IMG/VR virus record: IMGVR_UViG_3300032073_002513
Reading direction: 5' to 3' (one strand)
DNA length: 64,000 nt
From: an uncultured virus (IMG/VR IMGVR_UViG_3300032073_002513)
Taxonomy: Duplodnaviria; Heunggongvirae; Uroviricota; Caudoviricetes
The notes below the pieces were generated by a model. It had not been told where the DNA came from. It made no database searches and saw only the letters and a program-made list of their open reading frames with translations. Below, one piece after another: positions 49,463-59,203 of this stretch. Both the position numbers and the translations under genes were made by a program. The first letter of the stretch is position 1. Every line of letters begins with the position of its first letter.

Positions 49463-50125
49463 ATGAAACTTAGCAAAGAAACACTTGATGTTCTCAAGAA
49501 CTTCGCAACTATTAATACGAACATTCTTGTTCGTGAAGGAAATTCGCTCTCGACTATTAGCACAGGCAAAAACATTTTTGCTAAAGCTGATATTAAAGAT
49601 CCATTTCCTAAAGAGTTTGCTGTTTATGATTTGAACAGCTTACTTTCCCTACTTACTGTAATGGAAGATACTGATGTTGGCTTTGGAGACGAAAGTCTTA
49701 AAGTTAGCAAAGGCAATTCTGTTTTTGAATATTTTTATGCAGACCCTAACATTATTGTTAGTGCCCCTGATAAGAATATCGAAGTAGACAACTTCTTCCA
49801 GTTCGACTTATCCAAAGATGACATTGACATGATAATGAAGGCAGCAGCTATTACAGCAGCTCCTATGTTAAGCGTGATAGGAGATGGATCTGAGGTAGTA
49901 GTTACAGTAGGAGACCCTGCTACACCTAAGTCTAATTCTTTTAGACAGGTTATAGGACAAACAGATAAAACATTTGATGCTAGACTAGCTGTTGAAAACT
50001 TTAAGGTTGTACCTTCAGGCTATACAGTTATTTTATCTCAGAAGAAATTTATGTTCTTAGAAAGCAGCAACAATAACTTAAAATATTGGTTGGCGCTTGA
50101 GCGTTCATCAGTTATTGGAGAATAA
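49463..50125 (+). CDS. gp45: Sliding clamp gp45
   Basis: MKLSKETL..LKNFATIN, FAVYDLN, YWLALE. Confidence 0.95.
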   Translation: MKLSKETLDVLKNFATINTNILVREGNSLSTISTGKNIFAKADIKDPFPKEFAVYDLNSLLSLLTVMEDTDVGFGDESLKVSKGNSVFEYFYADPNIIVSAPDKNIEVDNFFQFDLSKDDIDMIMKAAAITAAPMLSVIGDGSEVVVTVGDPATPKSNSFRQVIGQTDKTFDARLAVENFKVVPSGYTVILSQKKFMFLESSNNNLKYWLALERSSVIGE

Positions 50126-50127
50126 AG

Positions 50128-50304
50128 ATGGGAGAAGATCAACTAGAAGTAACTATCCGTGAAGCACAGAATGGCTGGGTAGTTGAATTAAACCGTGAAG
50201 GTGAGACAATGGAGTACATTTTCACAAGACCTAATCCAGCTATCAACTTGGTTAGGAAAGTAATGAAGGGAGAACTAGACCCTTTTGGAGGAGACGATGA
50301 GTAG
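50128..50304 (+). CDS. Small hypothetical protein
   Basis: Manual translation MGEDQLEVTIREAQNGWVV..., 58 aa, RBS GGAG. Confidence 0.65.
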   Translation: MGEDQLEVTIREAQNGWVVELNREGETMEYIFTRPNPAINLVRKVMKGELDPFGGDDE

Positions 50305-50932
50305 TTTGACACCAGTAGTACCTGATTTCACAGTTAAGAAAACTGTGATGACTACAACAGGAGAAAGAAAGTGGGTTGAGATGAATAATGCTAATCTTTT
50401 CGACGGCAAGCGTGTCGTTGTTTTTGGTTTGCCTGGAGCATTTACACCTACATGTTCAAGCCAGCAATTGCCTGGTTATGAACAAGCGTATTCTCAATTT
50501 AGAGATGCAGGTATTGACGACATTTATTGTGTTACAGTAAATGATTCTTTTATTTGCCGTGAATGGGAAATAGATCAAAATTTAGTTAATGTAAAAATTA
50601 TTCCTGATGGTAGCGCAGAGTTTACAGTTAAAATGGGTATGGATGTTCGTAAAGACAATCTAGGGTTTGGAATTAGATCTTGGAGATACGCAGCTATTAT
50701 AGACGATGGACATGTTATTCAAGAATTTGTAGAGCCTGGCTTCGCAGACAATTTTGAAGGCGACCCATATGATATAAGTGCACCTGACAATGTTTTAGAT
50801 AATGTTAAGGCCTATGGATGGCCTAGCAAGTATGAACAAGGCGTAGATGCTAACGGTAGTCCAACTACTGAAGGTAAGCAAATTAATCTAGAGTTCTCAG
50901 AAACGACAGATGTTAAGGAGACTTTTTCCTAG
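50297..50932 (+). CDS. Peroxiredoxin (Prx5 type)
   Basis: PGAFTPTCS, VNDSF, RSWRYA. Confidence 0.93.
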   Translation: MSSLTPVVPDFTVKKTVMTTTGERKWVEMNNANLFDGKRVVVFGLPGAFTPTCSSQQLPGYEQAYSQFRDAGIDDIYCVTVNDSFICREWEIDQNLVNVKIIPDGSAEFTVKMGMDVRKDNLGFGIRSWRYAAIIDDGHVIQEFVEPGFADNFEGDPYDISAPDNVLDNVKAYGWPSKYEQGVDANGSPTTEGKQINLEFSETTDVKETFS

Positions 50933-51001
50933 ACCTTTTTACCCTCGGAAAAAGTGGCCAAGATTTTGGAGCAAAAAAAGTTCGCCTAATTTGGAGATGA
51001 T

Positions 51002-51946
51002 ATGACGACAACACCTGAACAGTTTTTATGGGTAGAGAGATACAGACCCAGGTTAATACAAGATTGTGTATTACCCGAAAGTGTCAAGAAACAATTTGCA
51101 CAGTTTATTAAGAAAGGTGAGATACCTAACCTATTACTGTCAGGTACTGCAGGTACTGGAAAAACAACTATTGCTCGTGCTTTATGTAATGAGCTAGATT
51201 GTGATTATATCATTATTAATGGTAGTGATGAAGGTAGGCAGATTGACACTCTAAGAACTAAAATTAGGCAATTTGCCTCAGCTGTCTCTTTTGAGGGTAA
51301 GACTAAGGTTGTTATTCTTGATGAGGCTGACTATATGAATAGAGATAGTGTACAACCAGCCCTTAGAGGGTTCATAGAAACATTCTCTGAGAACTGTAGG
51401 TTTATATTTACATGTAACTATGCTAATAAGCTAATAGAACCCTTACACAGCAGGACTACTGTTATAGACTTTAAATTAGCACCCTCAGATCGCCCTGTAT
51501 TAGCCGCTAAGTTTATGGATAGAATGAAGTATATCCTTAATACAGAAGGCGTGGAGTACACGGAAAAGGTGCTTGCTGAGCTCCTAATGAAGTACTTTCC
51601 TGACTATAGAAGGGTGCTAAATGAGCTACAGAGGTACTCAGCAGGGGGTATTATAGATGAGGGTATACTAAGTAACTTCCAGGAAGTAAATGCTAAGGCG
51701 CTTATAGAGAGCCTCAGGGGAAAAGACTGGCGTAAGATGAGACAATGGGTGGCAAACAATGTAGACACAGACCCTCAGGCTATATTCCGTCAGATATACG
51801 ATATACTACTTCCAGAGGTTAAGAGTCCTGCTCGCTTAGTACTAGATATTGCAGATTATCAGTATAAGGCAGCTTTTGTAGCAGATCAGGAGATTAATTT
51901 AACTGCTTGTCTAACACAGATTATGGTTGATTCGGAATTTAAATAA
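51002..51946 (+). CDS. gp44: Clamp loader large subunit gp44
   Basis: WVERYRP, GTAGTGKT, ILDEAD, PLHSR, PDYRR. Confidence 0.96.
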   Translation: MTTTPEQFLWVERYRPRLIQDCVLPESVKKQFAQFIKKGEIPNLLLSGTAGTGKTTIARALCNELDCDYIIINGSDEGRQIDTLRTKIRQFASAVSFEGKTKVVILDEADYMNRDSVQPALRGFIETFSENCRFIFTCNYANKLIEPLHSRTTVIDFKLAPSDRPVLAAKFMDRMKYILNTEGVEYTEKVLAELLMKYFPDYRRVLNELQRYSAGGIIDEGILSNFQEVNAKALIESLRGKDWRKMRQWVANNVDTDPQAIFRQIYDILLPEVKSPARLVLDIADYQYKAAFVADQEINLTACLTQIMVDSEFK

Positions 51947-52098
51947 TGGCTAAAGACGCTTGGATTCAAGTTAGAGTAGAAAAGGCTAAAAGAGAAGAAA
52001 TAAAGAAAGAAGCCGCTAAAAGAAAAATGTCTGTATCTCAATTAATGTTGGAGGGATACGAAACATTAAAGGAGGGTAAGTATATTGACTTTAAGTAA
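51946..52098 (+). CDS. Small ribbon-helix-helix-like protein
   Basis: Manual translation MAKDAWIQVRVEKAKREEIKKEAAKRKMSVSQLM... Confidence 0.6.
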   Translation: MAKDAWIQVRVEKAKREEIKKEAAKRKMSVSQLMLEGYETLKEGKYIDFK

Positions 52099-52249
52099 AT
52101 TGTGGAAATTATGGTGTATGTCGTTAGGCGAGAAAGCTAGCGACGATTCAACAGAAGCAGATGCAGTAGCAGTTATGAGAACTATCGTTGTTCTTGTTAA
52201 TTTCTTCACCTGTTTCTTTATTATCTCAGGAGTATTAAGACATTGGTAG
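52085..52249 (+). CDS. Small membrane protein
   Basis: LWCMSLGEKA...EADAVAVMRT...IISGVLRHW; TTG start after AGGAGG. Confidence 0.6.
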   Translation: MTLSKLWKLWCMSLGEKASDDSTEADAVAVMRTIVVLVNFFTCFFIISGVLRHW

Positions 52250-52701
52250 ACTCAATATTAGAAGGTTTCGGTGAGCCAGTCGAAGATATAAATGAAGAAG
52301 ATTTCCAAGAGAAACTTAAAAAGATATCTCCTTTTGATTACGCTAACAGCATTTACACAAAAGATAACATTATAGTAGATGAAAGGACAGAAAAAGAATA
52401 CAATCCTTTTATGGTAAATCGTGCAATGGGTATGGGTAAAGATACTTGTATTGCAGCTAATGAAATGAATTCGAGACACCACTTAGATAATAAAATGCAG
52501 TATGATTTCCTTATGGATGTTGTAAGAGAAGGCAAACGATTTAATAAGTGGCTTAAAAATGACGAAGAAAATATAGAGGCAATACAAAAGTTTTTTGGCT
52601 ATTCTTTAATTAAAGCAAAACAGACCCTTAGTCTGTTAAATGATACACAAATTGATCTCATAAAAATACATTTGAAGTCTTCTAAAGGTGGAAAAGTATA
52701 A
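52243..52701 (+). CDS. gp62: Clamp loader small subunit gp62
   Basis: YNPFMVNR, ANEMN, QYDF, KRFNKW, FGYS..KA. Confidence 0.9.
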   Translation: MVDSILEGFGEPVEDINEEDFQEKLKKISPFDYANSIYTKDNIIVDERTEKEYNPFMVNRAMGMGKDTCIAANEMNSRHHLDNKMQYDFLMDVVREGKRFNKWLKNDEENIEAIQKFFGYSLIKAKQTLSLLNDTQIDLIKIHLKSSKGGKV

Positions 52702-52750
52702 ATACCTGTATAACTTAATTATTATTTAAGACATTACAGGCATATTGAGA

Positions 52751-53170
52751 ATGAGTGATCAAGAGAATTACTTTAACATAGACTATCCAGGGTATTCACC
52801 TTTAGAAGTTACCTTAAACGACCCAGAAGATTTTTTGAAGGTTAGGGAAACATTGTCTCGAATTGGAGTAGCATCGAAAAAGGACCAAGTCCTTTATCAG
52901 TCTTGCCATATATTACACAAGAAAGGTAGATACTTTATAACACACTTTAAAGAACTATTTGCTCTTGATGGCAAGGAAGCAGACTTCCAGGATAACGATT
53001 TACAACGCAGAAATACTATTGCTAAACTTCTCCAAGATTGGGGTTTGGTAAAAATATTAGGCGAAGTAGAAGATTTAGCTCCATTGAGTCAAATCAAAAT
53101 TATATCGTTTAAAGAGAAAGGTGAGTGGGAGCTAATCCCCAAATACAATATTGGAAAGAAAGTTAAATAA
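52751..53170 (+). CDS. regA: Translational repressor RegA
   Basis: DFLKVRETLSRIG, QSCHILHK, HFKELF, PKYNIG; TATAAATA at 52697. Confidence 0.96.
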   Translation: MSDQENYFNIDYPGYSPLEVTLNDPEDFLKVRETLSRIGVASKKDQVLYQSCHILHKKGRYFITHFKELFALDGKEADFQDNDLQRRNTIAKLLQDWGLVKILGEVEDLAPLSQIKIISFKEKGEWELIPKYNIGKKVK

Positions 53171-54428
53171 AAACCAGATAGAAGCACTTCAGCTAATAAA
53201 GACAGAACAGGATAATGTTGGACCGGGTTTCTGCGTGCTAAAATGGTATCACCAAGAAATGCACTTAGGCACTGGTAGAGCACACTCTTGTTATCATTGT
53301 CCTACACACCAAATACCCTTAGGTTCAGACTTACATAACACAAATCACAAAGTAGAAAAGAGAGCAGAGATGTTGCAAGGCAACAGACCTTCAGAGTGCT
53401 CTTATTGTTGGGATGTCGAAGATCTTGGATTGATTTCTGATAGACAAACTCTTGCAGTACAATTTTTTAAACATAATCGTAATATAGTAGACGAGGCAGT
53501 AGATGCTGGAACAGGTTATGTTTATCCTAAGTATCTAGAAATATCGTTTACTAATAAATGTCAAATGGCATGTAGTTATTGTGGTCCTGTTTTTAGCACA
53601 ACATGGGAAAAGGAAATAGAAGAACACGGTCCTTACAAATTATCTAAAGACTATAATTCAATTCATACTCCTCAAATAGAAAACTCTCCATACATAACCA
53701 GGTTTTGGAAATGGTTTCCACAGGCATATGAACACTTATTTGTTCTTAGAGTTACAGGTGGTGAGCCTTTATTAGATAAGAACACATATAAGTTACTCCA
53801 ATATGTAAAAGACAACCCAAGAAAAGGATTAACATTCCATTGTAATTCTAATCTTATGGTTTCAGAAAATAGAGTAAAAAAGTATATAGGTTTGGTTAAG
53901 GATATTCCTAATACAAAACTTTATGCTAGCATTGATTCATGGGGTAAACAGGCAGAGTACATTAGACATGGATTAGATGTTTCTCACTTTGAACAAAATT
54001 TACATAGATTATTGGCTAACGGAATACCAGTAGGAATAATGAATACATATAATTTCTTATCTATTCCTAATACCGAAGAGTTCATATTTAAAATGGCAGA
54101 ACTTAAAAATACTTATGGTGATCTAATTACAATAGACATGCCTTTTATGGTAGAGCCAGACCACCTTTCAGCACAAATCTCAGACGACTCTCATATAAGT
54201 ATAATGGAGAAGGATTTAAAAACTATGGAAAGTTATCCTCAGTTTTCTACAGGCGAGATAGAAAAATTTAGAAAAACTGTAGGATGGATAAAGGCAAATA
54301 GATTTAAAGATTTAGAACTGCTAAAACATAGAAGAGATTTTTGGCATTTTGTATATGAGCATGATAAAAGAAGAGGCACAGATTTTAAAGCTGCCTTTCC
54401 TAATTTAGGATTTGAAAATGAAACATGA
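53151..54428 (+). CDS. Radical SAM protein with N-terminal twitch-like Cys domain
   Basis: CQMACSYC, TGGEPLL; N-terminal C..CYHC..CSYC; start codon uncertain. Confidence 0.88.
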   Translation: MERKLNKNQIEALQLIKTEQDNVGPGFCVLKWYHQEMHLGTGRAHSCYHCPTHQIPLGSDLHNTNHKVEKRAEMLQGNRPSECSYCWDVEDLGLISDRQTLAVQFFKHNRNIVDEAVDAGTGYVYPKYLEISFTNKCQMACSYCGPVFSTTWEKEIEEHGPYKLSKDYNSIHTPQIENSPYITRFWKWFPQAYEHLFVLRVTGGEPLLDKNTYKLLQYVKDNPRKGLTFHCNSNLMVSENRVKKYIGLVKDIPNTKLYASIDSWGKQAEYIRHGLDVSHFEQNLHRLLANGIPVGIMNTYNFLSIPNTEEFIFKMAELKNTYGDLITIDMPFMVEPDHLSAQISDDSHISIMEKDLKTMESYPQFSTGEIEKFRKTVGWIKANRFKDLELLKHRRDFWHFVYEHDKRRGTDFKAAFPNLGFENET

Positions 54429-55077
54429 GATGGGTGAAAATAAATTATATTCAATTAATAATCCGTTATTAATGACAATAGATGATTTCTTACCAGAAGA
54501 AGTAGTAGATCTATTATCCTCAGATATTGAGAAACATTGTATATTTAAAGGTGCCCAAGTATCTACAAATGATGGTACAGGTGAAAAATCTAATTTAAGA
54601 ACAAATGAAACATCTAGTCTCCATTATCTACAATCCGAAGGAGCTAGAATATTTTTAGACGCAGCCTCAGCTTCGTTAAGATTAAATCCAGCTCAAGCAG
54701 AACCTATATCAGTTATTAAATATAAAAAGGGTCAACAATTTGAACCTCACATGGATGCTTTTGGAGATGATAAATTAAATGCTTATTCTCCTCAAGCAGG
54801 CAATAGAATAGCAACAGCAATATTATATTTAAATGATGTACAACATGGAGGGGAAACAGATTTTCCTAACATGAAAATTACAATACCAGCCAAGAAAGGA
54901 AGAGTAGTATTGTTTTCTAATTGCCACATGGGCACAACTCAGCCTCTTGAATTGTCAATGCACGCAGGATTGCCAGTTATTCGAGGAGAAAAAACAGCAG
55001 TTAACTTGTGGTTTAGATCGGGTGTTTACGATAATAATATGTACCAAAAATGGTTAGAACAGCAGCAGAGTGTATAA
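54418..55077 (+). CDS. 2OG-Fe(II) oxygenase (prolyl-4-hydroxylase-like)
   Basis: HMD, YLNDVQHGGETDFP, HAGLPV..GEK. Confidence 0.9.
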   Translation: MKHEMGENKLYSINNPLLMTIDDFLPEEVVDLLSSDIEKHCIFKGAQVSTNDGTGEKSNLRTNETSSLHYLQSEGARIFLDAASASLRLNPAQAEPISVIKYKKGQQFEPHMDAFGDDKLNAYSPQAGNRIATAILYLNDVQHGGETDFPNMKITIPAKKGRVVLFSNCHMGTTQPLELSMHAGLPVIRGEKTAVNLWFRSGVYDNNMYQKWLEQQQSV

Positions 55078-55141
55078 ATAGTATTGATACGCCGGAAGGG
55101 TATCATATTTTAATCTTGCTAAATAATAGGAGAAAACAATG
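55073..55141 (+). promoter_or_regulatory. Late promoter plus two-hairpin ROSE-like 5' UTR
   Basis: TATAAATA; TGATAC..GTATCA hairpin; TCTTGCT pairing with AGGAGA. Confidence 0.6.
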
Positions 55142-55576
55142 GTAAGCATAAACACGACAAATTGGAACGATTTCGTTTCAGCATTCCCACAAATAGAAAG
55201 TAGACTAATTGGATTTGACAGAGTCTTTGACGCTGTTCAAAGAGTCAATACCACCGAGGCTAACTTCCCACCTTATAATATTAAAAAAATAGACGATGAG
55301 AATTATGAAATTCAAATTGCTCTTGCAGGCTTTTCAAAGTCTGAACTTGATATTACTGTGGAAGACGGTAATCTAATCGTCAAAGGTGAACAGGCAGAGA
55401 CTTCTAAAACAGAATATTTGCACAAAGGAATTGCAGAACGCAATTTCACAAGAACATGGTCTTTAGCAGATACTGTTAAAGTGTCAGGTTCTGAATTGAA
55501 GGACGGAGTATTAACAATTAATTTGGTAAACAAAATTCCAGAAGAATTAAAACCTCAGTCTATTAAAATTAAATAA
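55139..55576 (+). CDS. hsp20: Small heat-shock protein (Hsp20/IbpA-like)
   Basis: FPPYNI, IALAGF, YLHKGIAERNF, DGVLTI. Confidence 0.95.
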   Translation: MVSINTTNWNDFVSAFPQIESRLIGFDRVFDAVQRVNTTEANFPPYNIKKIDDENYEIQIALAGFSKSELDITVEDGNLIVKGEQAETSKTEYLHKGIAERNFTRTWSLADTVKVSGSELKDGVLTINLVNKIPEELKPQSIKIK

Positions 55577-55597
55577 TTAAAACAGGAGATAAGGAGT

Positions 55598-55942
55598 ATG
55601 GCTACAAACATACAAATCGTTAAACTTACAACAGGTGAAGACTTGATTGGAGACATTACAGAAGAGGAAATTGATGGTAGAGGTTTTCTACTTATCAAAA
55701 AACCAGCTATTATTATGATTATGCCTAAACCTGGAAGTGAAACTGATTATACTGTAGGGCTAGCTCCTTACGCTCCATTTGCAAAAGATCACAAAGTACC
55801 AATCTTTCCAGCTCATGTTGTTTCAGTCTACGATCCAGGAAAAGAAATGTTAAACACATATAATACAAAATTCGGTTCTGGAATTGTAACACCTGACTTT
55901 ATAAATAAAAAGGTGTTGAACGAGACAATAAAAGGAAAGTAA
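55598..55942 (+). CDS. Hypothetical protein (possibly Sm-like fold)
   Basis: IVKLTTGEDLIG...YNTKFGSGIVTP. Confidence 0.7.
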   Translation: MATNIQIVKLTTGEDLIGDITEEEIDGRGFLLIKKPAIIMIMPKPGSETDYTVGLAPYAPFAKDHKVPIFPAHVVSVYDPGKEMLNTYNTKFGSGIVTPDFINKKVLNETIKGK

Positions 55943-56362
55943 ATGTATGAATATAGAGTTAAGATCGTAAAGGTCGTAGATGGGGACACAGTAGATGTGG
56001 ATATCGACTTGGGGTTTGGAGTCTGGCTTAAGAAACAAAGGGTCAGGTTATTCGGTATCGACACACCGGAAAGTAGAACCCGTGACCTCGTTGAAAAAAG
56101 ATTTGGAAACATGGCGAAAGATTATCTTAAAAGTAGATTATCAAGTGGAGCTATACTCGGAACAAGGCTTGATAAAAAAGGCAAATTTGGACGGATACTT
56201 GGTGAATTTTTTGTGTTAGATAATGAGGGCCATCCTCAATTTGAAGTTAAAGTGAATGTAAACGAGGAATTGATTGCTAAACATCATGCCGTTGCATACC
56301 ACGGACAATCTAAAGAAGAAATAAAAGAAGCACATTTGGTTAATAGGACCTTTTTTGAATAA
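55943..56362 (+). CDS. Thermonuclease (SNase-like)
   Basis: KVVDGDTVDV, RVRLFGIDTPE, KFGRILG. Confidence 0.9.
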   Translation: MYEYRVKIVKVVDGDTVDVDIDLGFGVWLKKQRVRLFGIDTPESRTRDLVEKRFGNMAKDYLKSRLSSGAILGTRLDKKGKFGRILGEFFVLDNEGHPQFEVKVNVNEELIAKHHAVAYHGQSKEEIKEAHLVNRTFFE

Positions 56363-56367
56363 AGTCC

Positions 56368-56396
56368 TTGACTCTTAGTCAGTAAGAGTGCATAAT
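56368..56396 (+). promoter_or_regulatory. Sigma70 promoter with internal palindrome (gp43)
   Basis: TTGACT-17-CATAAT containing ACTCTTA-N5-TAAGAGT. Confidence 0.85.
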
Positions 56397-56422
56397 GTGT
56401 ATATTATGTTTAAGGTGTTGTT

Positions 56423-58918
56423 ATGAATTTTTATACTTATGCGAGACATTATGGAAATGATATACTTTTCCGTGGTGTAAAAAATGGTAAGCGATTTACT
56501 GCAAGGCATGAATTTCAGCCTACTCTGTTTGTTAAGAGTAAAGAAAAATCTAAGTACAAAAGTATCTTTGGTGAGAATGTATCACCTATAAAGTTCCCCA
56601 CAAATAAGGAGGCAACTGCCTTCTTTGACAGTTACAAAGATGTAGAAAATTTTCCAATATTTGGACAAAACTATTACGCATACCAATATATCACCGAGAA
56701 CTATCCTGGTGAGATACAATGGGATGCTAATGAGATGTTAATCTATTCTATCGATATTGAAACAACATCGGAAGGTGGATTTCCTAATGTAGACTCCCCT
56801 AGTGAGAAAGTTCTAGTTATCACACTTCAAAACAACAACACCAAGAAGATAACAACTTTTGGCCTGGGGGAGTTTACGCCTACTAAAGAAACAAATCATT
56901 TAGATATTGACTATCAAGGTTTTGACACAGAAGAACAACTATTAGATACTTTCCTCACTTGGTGGCAGGATAATTGTCCTGATATTATTACAGGTTGGAA
57001 CAGTAATTTATTTGATATGCCTTATCTTATTACAAGAGTTCAACGAGTATTAGGTGAGAATGAACATAAAAGATTCTCTCCTTTTAAATTAATTAACAAG
57101 CGTCCTATTAGATTTGCTAATCGTGAGATGACAGCATTCGAGATTACAGGTGTTGCACAATTAGACTATTTGGACTTATATAAGAAGTTTACTTATGTGA
57201 CTCGAGAGTCTTACAAACTAGACTTTATTGCAGAAACAGAACTAGGTAAGAATAAACTAGAGTCTGGCTTTGACACATTTAAAGAGTTTTATGACGGAGA
57301 TTGGAATAGGTTTGTAGAATATAATATTATTGATACAGTTATTGTCGACGAACTAGAAGACAAGATGAAACTTATTGAACTTGCTATTACAATGGCCTAT
57401 GACGCTAAGTGTAATTATAATGATGTATTCTCAGCTGTTAGAACCTGGGATAGTTTATTATATAATCATCTATGGGAAAAGGACATTGTTATTCACCAAG
57501 GTGGTGGTAGAAAGGATAGACAAATTGAAGGTGCGTTTGTACAGGAACCTAAACCTGGCAGTTATGAATGGGTGGCTAGTTTCGATGCTACAAGTCTATA
57601 TCCTAGTATTCTAATGCAACACAATATGAGTCCTGAGACTATTGTTCCTGGGTTTAAATATAATGTTAGCGTTGACGATCAACTGGACAGATATCAGTTA
57701 GACAAGTTAAAAGAAAAGAACTATACTATGGCAGGCAATGGCTCTTGTTATACAAGAGAAAAGAAAGGTCTGTTTCCTGAGATTGTACAAAAGTTTTTTA
57801 ATGATAGATTAAAATATAAGAAGTTGATGCAGAAGGCACAGAAAGATTTCCAAGAAACAGGTGCCCTACATCACAAGAACGAGATAAGTAAATATAACAA
57901 CTTTCAGATGGCTCGTAAGATTCAATTAAACAGTTTATATGGTGCCCTAGCTAATCAGTATTTTAGATTCTATGATGATAGAATTGCAGAAGGTATTACA
58001 ATGTCGGGACAATTAGTTATCCGAGATACAGCTAAGGCTTTGGACAAGTATATGAACAAAGTATGTGGCACAGAAGATGAGATGTATTCTTTTTATAGTG
58101 ATACAGATTCTTGTTATGTTACATGTAAAAAGATGGTAGATAATTTCTTCCCTGATAAAGACACAGATAAGGTTGTAGAACTTCTTGATAAGATAGGTAC
58201 AGATAAAATAGAACCTGCTATTGCACAGGCAATGACAAAGTTAGGTAATTATACTAATGCCTTTGAACATAAGATAGACTTTAAGCGTGAGGTTATCGCA
58301 GATAAAGGTGTGTTTGTGGCTAAGAAAAGATATGCCTTAAATGTACTAGATGATGAAGGACTAAGACTTAAAGAACCTAAGTTAAAAGTTATGGGTTTAG
58401 AAATTGTAAGGTCCTCGACTCCTGCTCCTATCCGAGATAGTTTGAAGGAGGCAGTCCGTCTTATTCTTACTAGTGATGAAGACAAGTTACAAACATATAT
58501 TGCTGAGGCACAAAAACAATTTAATACATTATCTGCAGAAGAGATTGCCTTTCCTCGAGGTTGTAATAATCTTAAGAAATACTCATCTACAGCAGACATA
58601 TATCAGAAAGGCACACCCATACATGTTCGAGGTTCCTTACTGTATAATAAGCTCTTAAAAGATAAGAGTTTGAACCTTAAGTATGAGAAAATACAAGAAG
58701 GTGATAAGATTAAGTTCCTTTATTTAAAAGAACCTAACAGTTTACATGAGAACACTATTGCCTTTGTAACTAAACTTCCTAAAGAGTTTGAGATTACAAA
58801 GTATGTAGATTATGATTTAATATTTCAGAAAGCATTTATTGATCCTTTAGAAAATATATTGAAACCTTTAGGATGGAATACAGAACCTCAGGCTACACTC
58901 GAGGATTTATTTGCATAA
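56423..58918 (+). CDS. gp43: Family B DNA polymerase gp43
   Basis: DIET, FDATSLYPS, KIQLNSLYG, YSDTDS, KKRY. Confidence 0.98.
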   Translation: MNFYTYARHYGNDILFRGVKNGKRFTARHEFQPTLFVKSKEKSKYKSIFGENVSPIKFPTNKEATAFFDSYKDVENFPIFGQNYYAYQYITENYPGEIQWDANEMLIYSIDIETTSEGGFPNVDSPSEKVLVITLQNNNTKKITTFGLGEFTPTKETNHLDIDYQGFDTEEQLLDTFLTWWQDNCPDIITGWNSNLFDMPYLITRVQRVLGENEHKRFSPFKLINKRPIRFANREMTAFEITGVAQLDYLDLYKKFTYVTRESYKLDFIAETELGKNKLESGFDTFKEFYDGDWNRFVEYNIIDTVIVDELEDKMKLIELAITMAYDAKCNYNDVFSAVRTWDSLLYNHLWEKDIVIHQGGGRKDRQIEGAFVQEPKPGSYEWVASFDATSLYPSILMQHNMSPETIVPGFKYNVSVDDQLDRYQLDKLKEKNYTMAGNGSCYTREKKGLFPEIVQKFFNDRLKYKKLMQKAQKDFQETGALHHKNEISKYNNFQMARKIQLNSLYGALANQYFRFYDDRIAEGITMSGQLVIRDTAKALDKYMNKVCGTEDEMYSFYSDTDSCYVTCKKMVDNFFPDKDTDKVVELLDKIGTDKIEPAIAQAMTKLGNYTNAFEHKIDFKREVIADKGVFVAKKRYALNVLDDEGLRLKEPKLKVMGLEIVRSSTPAPIRDSLKEAVRLILTSDEDKLQTYIAEAQKQFNTLSAEEIAFPRGCNNLKKYSSTADIYQKGTPIHVRGSLLYNKLLKDKSLNLKYEKIQEGDKIKFLYLKEPNSLHENTIAFVTKLPKEFEITKYVDYDLIFQKAFIDPLENILKPLGWNTEPQATLEDLFA

Positions 58919-59043
58919 TGGAATTGCAATCGTTAGCAGGCTGGGGTTTATTTGTATGTATGATAGTTTCCAATTGGGTAATGTTTATTCTTATAGATGG
59001 ATTTTTTGAAGGGGATATAGAAGGAGTTAAATATGAAAAATAA
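58918..59043 (+). CDS. Very small membrane peptide
   Basis: Manual translation MELQSLAGWGLFVCMIVSNWVMFILIDGFFEGDI..., TAATG overlap with gp43. Confidence 0.5.
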   Translation: MELQSLAGWGLFVCMIVSNWVMFILIDGFFEGDIEGVKYEK

Positions 59044-59203
59044 AGATGAAAGAAATACACATTTCATATACAGTATATTGAAAAGTGGTTTTAGATGTGG
59101 AGGTTGTGTTATACCTTTTGTTATTAATGAGCCGTGGGCTTGGCAAGTATTTTTAGGAGCATTCTTTGTTGCTGAGATACTAGGAATTATGGAGGAGTTA
59201 TAA
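59033..59203 (+). CDS. Small membrane protein
   Basis: Manual translation ..HFIYSILKSGFR...AEILGIMEEL; RBS AAGGAG. Confidence 0.65.
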   Translation: MKNKDERNTHFIYSILKSGFRCGGCVIPFVINEPWAWQVFLGAFFVAEILGIMEEL

